Source: an uncultured bacterium
GTDB taxonomy: Bacteria > Acidobacteriota > HRBIN11 > JAKEFK01
Assembly: GCA_963777505.1 (NCBI GenBank)
Contig: CAVZQN010000006.1
Coordinates: 192,001 to 256,000, forward strand
Reading direction: 5' to 3'
Length of the DNA stretch: 64,000 bases
Position 1 is the first letter of the stretch. Each line of letters starts with the position of its first letter. The translations under genes were made by a program, and so were the position numbers. The notes beneath the pieces are model-generated. The model had not been told where the DNA came from. It did no database searches and saw nothing but the letters and a program-made list of their open reading frames with translations. Shown piece by piece: positions 19,926 to 28,035 of the stretch.

Positions 19926-21239
19926 ATGCGATATAAATATCCGGACAGTTTTGTCTTCTACCGCAAATTAAATAAAGAAATTCCGCGCGCAGTTTCCGCA
20001 TCAGGAGTCCGGATTGTTGATGAAGATGGCAAACAATATTTTGATGCATCCGGCGGCGCTGTTGTCGTAAACGTCGGACATGGTGTTTCTGAAATTGCAG
20101 ATTCGGTTGCTGAACAAATTCGTGAACTCGCCTATGTAAATGGAACGCAATTCACGAATCAGCCAGCGGAAAATCTGGCCGCAGAATTGGCCGAAATTCT
20201 TCCAGGTTCATTGAAGTATAGCTACTTTCTTGGAAGTGGATCTGAAGCAAATGAAGCTGCCATTAAGCTTGCGCGAAATTATTGGTATGAGAAAGGCAAA
20301 CAATCGAAGTGGAAAATTATTTCTCGCAATCCTTCCTATCATGGAAACACATTAGCAACGCTTTCGCTTTCGGGACGCGAACATTACCGCGCTGTATATG
20401 GTCCACTCTTAACGAATTTCCCACGCATCCCTGCACCTGATCCCTATCGGGATCCAAACTCAAAAGCTTCAACAGGGGAATTGCTGGAAGAGGAAATTCT
20501 GAAACAAGGAGCTGATTCGGTTTCAGGTTTTATTTTGGAACCGATCATAGGTTCATCAGCAGGTGCAGTCGTACCAACACAGGAGTATTACCGGAACGTT
20601 GCGAGGATTTGCGAAAAATATGATGTTTTGATCATTGCAGATGAAGTGATGTCAGGAATGGGACGTACCGGTAAATGGTTTTCATTCCAACATTATGATT
20701 TTATTCCGGACATTATGACTCTCGGAAAAGGGATTAATGGCGGGATCGTTCCGCTGAGCGCGGTCGTTGCGAAGAAGGAAATTGTCGATGTTCTTGCTTC
20801 CACAAGCGGGTATTTTAATCATGCACAAACCTACTCTCACACGCCTGTGATTTGTGCAGTGGGAGTTGCAACGGTCCGCTATCTGAAAAAGCATCGTTTG
20901 GTAGAACGTGTTGCGGAAATGGAAGGACTACTGTTTGAGAAACTAAATGAATTACGATCATTTCCGGTAGTCGGAGATGTACGCGGCAAAGGATTCATGG
21001 CAGCAGTTGAGTTTGTAAAAAACAAAGAAACAAAGGAACCTTTTCCGCGATCGGAAAAATTTGCGGAACGGTTTACTGAGCTTGCATTCAAGAATGGATT
21101 AATTTTGTGGCAAAACGTAGGTCATGTTGATGGAACCAACGGGGATCTGGTGATGGTCTCTCCACCTTTTTCGATTAACGCTGGAGAAATTTCTGAACTG
21201 GCAGCCACCTTCAAACATACTCTGGAGCAAATGTTATGA
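19926..21239 (+). CDS. Class III PLP-dependent aminotransferase
   Basis: SGSEANEAAIK, SYHGNT, DEVMSGMGRTG, PLP lysine in TLGKG. Confidence 0.92.
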   Translation: MRYKYPDSFVFYRKLNKEIPRAVSASGVRIVDEDGKQYFDASGGAVVVNVGHGVSEIADSVAEQIRELAYVNGTQFTNQPAENLAAELAEILPGSLKYSYFLGSGSEANEAAIKLARNYWYEKGKQSKWKIISRNPSYHGNTLATLSLSGREHYRAVYGPLLTNFPRIPAPDPYRDPNSKASTGELLEEEILKQGADSVSGFILEPIIGSSAGAVVPTQEYYRNVARICEKYDVLIIADEVMSGMGRTGKWFSFQHYDFIPDIMTLGKGINGGIVPLSAVVAKKEIVDVLASTSGYFNHAQTYSHTPVICAVGVATVRYLKKHRLVERVAEMEGLLFEKLNELRSFPVVGDVRGKGFMAAVEFVKNKETKEPFPRSEKFAERFTELAFKNGLILWQNVGHVDGTNGDLVMVSPPFSINAGEISELAATFKHTLEQML

Positions 21240-22802
21240 CACAGCAAAAAGTGACTTATACAACAATCGGTTCTTCCGAGGAATTTCATACTGAATTTGA
21301 AAAAGCAGTAGAAAGGGTACGGCAAGACTTTGGAAAATTGTATCCAAATAAAATCGGCGGAGTAGAAACTGAAGACCGCAAGACAGTTCAAGTGAAATCG
21401 CCTATCGATCGCCGGATCGTGATGGGATCACATCAGCTCGGTACAAAAGAAGATGCAAACCGGGCCATTGAGATTGCTCATAAAGCGTTCAAACCGTGGC
21501 GTGATTTGGGCTGGGAAAGACGTGTTCAGATTCTGCGGAAAGCAGCCGATAAAATGGCTGAAAACAAATATTACCTTGCTGCATTCATGGCTTATGAAGC
21601 GGGCAAGAATCGTCTTGAATCGATGGGTGAGACTGAAGAGTCCGTGGACTTAATCCGCTACTACGCAAAAATTTTGGAAGAAAACCGCGGGTTTGTGAAA
21701 CCGATGGAGCGGTTAAGCGAAAAAGAAACCACAATGAGTGTGCTTGTCCCTTACGGTGTTTGGGGCGTAATTGCACCATTTAATTTTCCACTTGCTCTGT
21801 CTACCGGAATGGTTACCGGCGCACTTGTAACCGGCAACACTGTTGTGTTTAAGCCATCTCATGATGCGCCTCTGATCGGTCATTTTATGGTCCGAATGTT
21901 TCATGAAGGCGGAGTTCCCAGAAGACGTAATTCAGTATGTTGCTGGATCGGGTTCCGAAGTAGGCGCAACGATGGTGGAGAATCCACTTACACAAGGCAT
22001 GGTGTTTACTGGATCGTACGAAGTTGGGATGCACATCTACAAGAATTTTGCCAAGCAATATCCAAAGCCAGTCATCGCTGAAATGGGAGGTAAAAATCCT
22101 TGCATCGTCACAAGTTCTGCCGACATCGATGCTGCCGTTGATGGAATTTTGCGATCTGCATTTGGCTATGGCGGACAAAAGTGCAGCGCTTGCTCACGCG
22201 TATACGTGGAAGACAAAGTAAAAGATGAATTCGTTAAGAAATTTGTCGAAAAATCAAAAGACATTGTTGTTGGAAATCCTCTCAATCGCGAAGTCTTTCT
22301 TGGACCCGTTATTAATGAGAGCGCAGTGAAGAATTATGAAAACTACGTAAAGCGGATCAAAGAATCAGGCGCTCAAATTCTCCTGGGAGGAGATGTTATA
22401 AGCGAAGGCGAAATGGCAAATGGATATTTTGTTAAGCCAACGATCGCGTATTCGGAAAACAAGGAAAACGAGCTTTTCTATGAGGAAATGTTTTTGCCGA
22501 TCGTAATGATTACTGCAGTCAAAGATGTGAATGAAGGCGTGGAGCTTTCAAATAAGGCTTTGTATGGATTAACTGCGGGAATCTTTAGCCGCGACAAAAA
22601 AGAAATCGATACATTCTTAAACAACATCGAATCGGGTGTGACCTATGTGAACCGCCGCGGTGGAGCAACAACAGGCGCATGGCCTGGCGTCAATCCATTC
22701 GGAGGTTGGAAAGGATCTGGTTCTACAGGACCGAATGCGCTTGGGCCGTATTACATAATGAAGTTCTTGCGCGAACAATCACGCACGATCATTCAAGAAT
22801 AA
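21236..22802 (+). CDS. Aldehyde dehydrogenase, P5C-dehydrogenase (PruA/RocA)-like; frameshift near 21918, probably a sequencing error
   Basis: APFNFP in the first ORF; FTGS, AEMGGKN, GQKCSACSR, EEMF in the second; removing one C from GTTCCCAGAA joins them. Confidence 0.88.
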
Positions 22803-22814
22803 CGTTCTTGGTTA

Positions 22815-22850
22815 GTAGGGGCGACCCTTGTGGTCGCCCGACGTCCCTAC
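22815..22850. repeat. GTAG-type REP-like palindrome
   Basis: GTAGGGGCGACC-CTTGT-GGTCGCCC ... CCCTAC. Confidence 0.8.
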
Positions 22851-22862
22851 GGAATGACAAAT

Positions 22863-24206
22863 ATGAAAAATTATCCTCAGATAAAGGTTCCACCTCCAGG
22901 TCCAAAAGCAAAGGAAGTCATTGCAAAAGATGAAGCCTATACTTCGCCTTCCTACATCAAAGAATATCCACTTGTAGTTGAACGCGGCGAAGGCACGATG
23001 GTTGAAGATGTGGATGGCAATCGCTTTCTCGATTTTATGGCTGGTATTGCAGTCGTAACAACAGGACATTCTCATCCGAAGGTTGTAGAAGCAATCAAAC
23101 GCGCTGCGGATAAGTTTCTTCACATATGTCCGACAGATTTTTACTATCCGTCTTTTGCTGAATTGGCGAAAAAACTTGCAGAAATCGCGCCTGGGCCATC
23201 CAAGAAAAAAGTATTTTTGGGAAATTCCGGTGCAGAAGCAATTGAAGCCGCAATTAAATTAGCGCGATATCACACGCGTAGATCACAATTGATTTCTTTT
23301 TTCGGCGCATTTCATGGACGTACCATGGGTGCAGTCAGTCTTACAGCGAGCAAATGGAAACAGAAGGAACATTTCGCTCCGTTTTTGCCAGGCGTAACTC
23401 ACATTCCCTATGGATATTGTTACCGATGCCCTTACAACCTCACGTATCCATCATGCAATTTGTATTGCGTTGATGTAATTGAAACCGAATACTTCAGCAA
23501 AATGTTACCGCCTGATGATGTTGCCGCTATATTTGTGGAGCCCATTCAAGGTGAAGGCGGTTACATTGTTCCACCTCCTGATTATCACACCAGGCTAAAA
23601 GCATTATGCGAGAAGTACGGAATTTTGTATGTTGCTGATGAAGTTCAAAGCGGCATGGGTCGAACCGGACACTGGTTTGCGTCAGAAATTTTTAACGTTG
23701 AACCGGACATTGTTGCCGTTGCAAAAGGAATTGCATCAGGAATGCCCATTAGCGCAATGATTGCAAAAGCGGAAGTCATGACATGGCCATCTGGCTCGCA
23801 TGGTAGTACTTTCGGCGGAAATCCTGTGGCCTGTGAAGCTGCAATCGCAACGATTGAATTAATAGAAGAAAGCTTAATGGCGAATGCGACAGAAGTCGGG
23901 AATTACATCATGGCTCAAATGAAAAGCATGATGGATCGCCATCGATTGATTGGTGATGTTCGTGGTTTTGGATTAATGATCGGCATTGAATTCGTGCGAG
24001 ATCGACAAACAAAAGAAAAAGCATCAGAAGAAACGGAACAAATTGTCCAGCGCGCATTTCAAAAAGGTCTGCTGCTTTTGGGTTGTGGCGAAAATGTTAT
24101 CCGTCTTGCGCCTCCACTTGTTGTCGATAAAGAAGACGCGGATCTTGCGATAAATATTTTGGATGAAGTATTAACCGGCATCGAGAAGGAACGATATGGT
24201 TCATAA
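22863..24206 (+). CDS. Class III omega-aminotransferase (GabT/ornithine-lysine aminotransferase-like)
   Basis: NSGAEAIEAA, FHGRT, EPIQGEGG, DEVQSGMGRTG, VAKG, STFGGNP. Confidence 0.92.
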   Translation: MKNYPQIKVPPPGPKAKEVIAKDEAYTSPSYIKEYPLVVERGEGTMVEDVDGNRFLDFMAGIAVVTTGHSHPKVVEAIKRAADKFLHICPTDFYYPSFAELAKKLAEIAPGPSKKKVFLGNSGAEAIEAAIKLARYHTRRSQLISFFGAFHGRTMGAVSLTASKWKQKEHFAPFLPGVTHIPYGYCYRCPYNLTYPSCNLYCVDVIETEYFSKMLPPDDVAAIFVEPIQGEGGYIVPPPDYHTRLKALCEKYGILYVADEVQSGMGRTGHWFASEIFNVEPDIVAVAKGIASGMPISAMIAKAEVMTWPSGSHGSTFGGNPVACEAAIATIELIEESLMANATEVGNYIMAQMKSMMDRHRLIGDVRGFGLMIGIEFVRDRQTKEKASEETEQIVQRAFQKGLLLLGCGENVIRLAPPLVVDKEDADLAINILDEVLTGIEKERYGS

Positions 24207-25110
24207 ATTGATGTCGATGAATGAGGCGATCGATCGCTTTGTCAATGACGGCGACACGATCGTGATCGAAGGTGTTACTCATTTGATCTGTTTTGCCGCA
24301 GGTCATGAAATCATCCGGCAAAAGAAACGCAATCTAACTGTATGCCGCTTAACTCCGGATCTGATTTATGAGCAATTGATTGGTGCAGGATGCGTTCACA
24401 AACTTGTTTTTAGCTGGGCCGGACCGGGCAATCCAGGAGCCGGACCTCTTTACGCATTGCGGCGCGCTGTTGAAGAAGATATCCCACATTCAATTGAACT
24501 CGATGAGTATTCACACTTTGGAATGGTAGGACGGTTTACTGCCGGAGCAGCGAAACTTCCTTTTTATCCTTTGCGAAGTTATATGGGGAGCGATCTTCCT
24601 CAGGTCAATGACAATATTCGAAAAGTACAGTGTCCATACACAGGCGAAAGCCTTGCAACTGTTCCTGCCTTAAATCCCGAAGTGACAATCGTTCATGCAC
24701 AGCGTTCTGATTTAGAAGGCAATACTCAAATCTGGGGTTTGATGGGAGTTCAAAAAGAAGCATGTTTTGCTGCAAAAAATGTGATTGTTGTTGCAGAAGA
24801 AATTGTAAATGAGAACCTGATGCGTTCCGATCCGAATCGCACTGTAATCCCAGGATTGATTGTGAGCGCGGTTGTTCATGAACCCTGGGGCTGTCATCCT
24901 TCATTTGCGCAAGGCTACTATGATCGCGATAACGAATTCTATGTGAATTGGCGCAACATCAGCAAAGATGTCCGCAAGTTTAACGCGTACCTTGACGAGT
25001 GGGTTTTTGGTGTAAAGGATCGCAATGAGTATGCTTCAAAAATGGGTGATTCACTTCAGCGGTTGAAAACCAAGCCGATGTATTCTGAAGCCGTCTATTA
25101 CGGACAGTAG
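24196..25110 (+). CDS. CoA-transferase subunit A (glutaconate/3-oxoadipate CoA-transferase type)
   Basis: EGVTHLICFAAGHE, RLTPDLIY, IVHAQRSD, WGCHPS, YDRD. Confidence 0.88.
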   Translation: MVHKLMSMNEAIDRFVNDGDTIVIEGVTHLICFAAGHEIIRQKKRNLTVCRLTPDLIYEQLIGAGCVHKLVFSWAGPGNPGAGPLYALRRAVEEDIPHSIELDEYSHFGMVGRFTAGAAKLPFYPLRSYMGSDLPQVNDNIRKVQCPYTGESLATVPALNPEVTIVHAQRSDLEGNTQIWGLMGVQKEACFAAKNVIVVAEEIVNENLMRSDPNRTVIPGLIVSAVVHEPWGCHPSFAQGYYDRDNEFYVNWRNISKDVRKFNAYLDEWVFGVKDRNEYASKMGDSLQRLKTKPMYSEAVYYGQ

Positions 25111-25118
25111 TTTTTGCA

Positions 25119-25154
25119 TTTTTGCCAAAATCTTAGCAATTTGGCAAAGATTTT
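25119..25154. promoter_or_regulatory. Dyad upstream of the sigma-54 promoter (candidate enhancer-binding site or terminator)
   Basis: TTTGCCAAA-ATCTTAGCAA-TTTGGCAAA, about 55-80 nt upstream of the -24 box. Confidence 0.4.
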
Positions 25155-25201
25155 AGTCGGATCCTTTTCATTCTCACGACGATAAAACTTCGGATGCCAC
25201 A

Positions 25202-25217
25202 TGGCACATGGGTTGCT
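25202..25217 (+). promoter_or_regulatory. Sigma-54 (-24/-12) promoter
   Basis: TGGCAC-ATGGG-TTGCT matches TGGCAC-N5-TTGCW exactly; 30 nt before the ATG, with a GGAGG RBS. Confidence 0.8.
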
Positions 25218-25246
25218 ATATAAGTTGTGAATTTGGAGGAAACCCT

Positions 25247-25813
25247 ATGGTTCGGAACATAAGCAGTAATAGTTTTCAGCCAGCCAATGTGCAGGCAACA
25301 GAGAAAACAGAAGTGCAATCATCAGCGACTACGCAACCTCAAAATGCTGAGTTGAATACTACACCGGCTCCCGCGGCAAGCAGCGCGAACACATGGCAGC
25401 GTGCAGGCTTAATGCAAGATGGAACAATCAAACAGAGCTTTCTGAATCAGGAATTAGCCACTGATCAGAGTTACGCTCATAATCAAGAAGAAGCAAATAA
25501 AGCAAAGGAAGCAAGAGAAGAAAACGGCAATGGCTCATTGTTTGGAACTATTTTTGGTGGTCCGCTCATAGGAACCTTCATTGGGGATGCGATAGGCAGC
25601 AACACGGAAACAAAGAAAAATGATTTGCGGAAACAGATAGAGGCAATGCAAAAGGAAGTCGGAAAACTTGAAGAAGAGCTTGCAGAAATCCAAGACAATT
25701 CCTTTATCGAAACATTTGGTGACTGGCTTACTGGATCAGACGGAGGGGAGTCTGACATTGTTGCAGCAACAAAGGTCACACCAAAATACGATCCCGATGA
25801 TGATGATGATTAA
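25247..25813 (+). CDS. Hypothetical protein, tandem paralogue copy 1
   Basis: GGAGG RBS; S/T/Q/N-rich N-terminus, Gly-rich hydrophobic GSLFGTIFGGPLIGTFIGDAIG, coiled-coil-like segment, poly-Asp tail. Confidence 0.85.
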   Translation: MVRNISSNSFQPANVQATEKTEVQSSATTQPQNAELNTTPAPAASSANTWQRAGLMQDGTIKQSFLNQELATDQSYAHNQEEANKAKEAREENGNGSLFGTIFGGPLIGTFIGDAIGSNTETKKNDLRKQIEAMQKEVGKLEEELAEIQDNSFIETFGDWLTGSDGGESDIVAATKVTPKYDPDDDDD

Positions 25814-25844
25814 GCTTGCGATTCGGGTGTAGTAGACTTAGCGC

Positions 25845-25876
25845 GTGAATAAATTTACTCGCCGAAACTTTATACG
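25845..25876 (+). pseudogene. Duplicated stub of the amine-oxidase 5' end (Tat signal remnant)
   Basis: GTGAATAAATTTACTCGCCGAAACTTTATACG versus GTGAATAAATTTACGCGCCGCGATTTTATACG at 26586. Confidence 0.8.
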
Positions 25877-25905
25877 GCTTCATCAATAAATCTTCGGATA
25901 CAAAA

Positions 25906-25921
25906 TGACATTAGGGTTGCT
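25906..25921 (+). promoter_or_regulatory. Degenerate copy of the sigma-54 promoter
   Basis: TGACAT-TAGGG-TTGCT: same spacing but the invariant -24 GG is GA. Confidence 0.55.
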
Positions 25922-25950
25922 ATATTAAGTTATGAGATCTGGAGGAGCGA

Positions 25951-26541
25951 ATGGTTCGGAAAATAAGCGGTAATAATTTTCAACCTGCCAATGTGCAGGC
26001 AACAGAGAAAGCGGAAGCCCAGTCGTCGGTGACTGCCCAACCTCAAAATGCGGAGGCGACTAATACAACGGCTCCGGTGGCAAGCAGTGTAAACAAATGG
26101 CAGCGAGCGAGCTTAAAACAAGATGGATCAATGAAGCAAAGTGTGATTCATGAAAAACTAACCGCTCAACAGAATTATGATCAGAAGAAGGAGCAAGTTG
26201 AGAAAAACAGAGAAGCCCGTGAGGATAGCAACACCGGCTCAATACTAGGAACGATTTTTGGCGGTCCGCTCGTCGGAACATTTATTGGCAACGCAACGGA
26301 CGAAAAATCAAGCCGCACAGAAATAAAGCAAAGTGATGTGCGGAAACTGACCGAAGCAATGCAAAATGAAGCCAAAAAACTTGAGAAAGATCTTGCAGAA
26401 GTATATGACAATGCTTTTATCGAAACAGTTGGTGGCTGGTTAACTGGATCAGACTCAGGGGTAGCTGACAGCACTAAACAGGCGGACCAGCGCCCACATA
26501 AGAAAATTGCAACAGAGCTTAAACCAAAATACGATCCCTGA
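25951..26541 (+). CDS. Hypothetical protein, tandem paralogue copy 2
   Basis: Colinear with copy 1 (FQPANVQATEK, GTIFGGPLVGTFIG, FIETVGGWLTGSD, PKYDP); GGAGG RBS. Confidence 0.85.
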   Translation: MVRKISGNNFQPANVQATEKAEAQSSVTAQPQNAEATNTTAPVASSVNKWQRASLKQDGSMKQSVIHEKLTAQQNYDQKKEQVEKNREAREDSNTGSILGTIFGGPLVGTFIGNATDEKSSRTEIKQSDVRKLTEAMQNEAKKLEKDLAEVYDNAFIETVGGWLTGSDSGVADSTKQADQRPHKKIATELKPKYDP

Positions 26542-26585
26542 TGATGATGATTAAGCTTGTGCTACGGGTGTAGTAGACTTAGCGC

Positions 26586-28031
26586 GTGAATAAATTTACG
26601 CGCCGCGATTTTATACGCGGCGCAGGCGCAGCAATCGCGGTCACTTCATTAAACACAACATCCTTTTCACAACCCGCCAATAATTCAGTAATTGTTTTGG
26701 GAGCAGGGCTTGCGGGCCTTGCCGCTGCATATGAACTCAATCGCGCAGGCTATCAGGTTACAGTCATCGAAGCCCGTTCGCGTCCAGGCGGACGCGTCAC
26801 AACGTATCGTGATCCATTCGCTGATGGTTTATATGCTGAAATGGGCGCGGAATATGTAGATGCCTCGGATGAATTCGATCATCGCTATTGCAAAGAATTT
26901 GGATTGAAAGTCATGACAGCAAAACTGTATGACGCCATTTTTGTGCGAGGCAAAAAATTCAAGATGGCGGAATTCAAACAAAAGAATCAGACTCTTCCAT
27001 TCGAAGGCGCGCAACCGGGTATGTTGTTCGGTCAGGAAGCACCATTCACAAAGAAAATCCGCGAAAGTATCAAAAATCCTGAACAATTACCTTCTGATAT
27101 TTTACAAATGGATAATCTCTCGGTTGCTGAATTCCTTTTGCAGCAAGGCGCACCAAAAGATTTGCTCGCACTCTATACCTATCTAAATGCGACTGAAGAA
27201 ACTGCGCGACCTGAAGAGATGTCTGCGCTTTCATTGATCAAACATCATCTGAGCCAAAGCACCTTCAGCGAAGTACAGAATGAAGGAAGAATCTTTGGTG
27301 GAAATGATCAGCTTCCAAAAGCATTTGCGCGGCATCTTTCAGAAAAAATCTTATACCGGCGAGCTGTTCGAAAGATTGCTCATAACTCCAACGGAGCAGA
27401 GGTTTGGTTTGAGGAAAATGGAAAAGTTTTTTCGCTGCGTACTCCCAATCTTGTGATTGCGTTGCCATTTAAGATTTTGCGTGAACTAGAAATTGAGCCG
27501 GCTTTCTCAGAACAAAAAATGAATTGCATCACAACGCTCGGTTATGGCCATGTTATGAAAATCGCGATGCAATATAAACATCGTTTTTGGGACAAGCCTG
27601 AAAGTATTGGACAACGCGTTTTTACAGATACGCATCTGCGTCGCATTTATCATATGTCGATCGACCAGCCGGGTCCGCGTGGGATTTTGATGTCATTTAC
27701 TTCAGCCGCCGATGCTGAATATCTTGGTAAGCTCACAGAAGACGAACGTCTAAAGATTGCATTATCCGAAGTGACTAAACTCTGGCCAGAAGCGCCTGAA
27801 TTTTGGGAAGGTGGTGTTACAAAATACTGGAATGAAGATCCCTGGATGAAAGGCAGCTATTCCTTCGTAGCAAAAGGTCAGGAACGGAATTTCCTGGAAA
27901 TTGCGGCGAAGCCTGAAGGCTGTGTTCATTTTGCAGGAGAACATACATCCCGCTTTCGTGCCTCGATGAATGGTGCCATCGAATCAGGCGTGCGCGCCGC
28001 AGAACAGATTATCTCTGTGTCTCAGCGGTAA
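26586..28031 (+). CDS. Tat-exported flavin monoamine oxidase / L-amino-acid oxidase family protein
   Basis: TRRDFIR Tat motif, GAGLAG, EARSRPGGR, EMGA, FAGEHT, GAIESG. Confidence 0.92.
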   Translation: MNKFTRRDFIRGAGAAIAVTSLNTTSFSQPANNSVIVLGAGLAGLAAAYELNRAGYQVTVIEARSRPGGRVTTYRDPFADGLYAEMGAEYVDASDEFDHRYCKEFGLKVMTAKLYDAIFVRGKKFKMAEFKQKNQTLPFEGAQPGMLFGQEAPFTKKIRESIKNPEQLPSDILQMDNLSVAEFLLQQGAPKDLLALYTYLNATEETARPEEMSALSLIKHHLSQSTFSEVQNEGRIFGGNDQLPKAFARHLSEKILYRRAVRKIAHNSNGAEVWFEENGKVFSLRTPNLVIALPFKILRELEIEPAFSEQKMNCITTLGYGHVMKIAMQYKHRFWDKPESIGQRVFTDTHLRRIYHMSIDQPGPRGILMSFTSAADAEYLGKLTEDERLKIALSEVTKLWPEAPEFWEGGVTKYWNEDPWMKGSYSFVAKGQERNFLEIAAKPEGCVHFAGEHTSRFRASMNGAIESGVRAAEQIISVSQR

Positions 28032-28035
28032 AATC

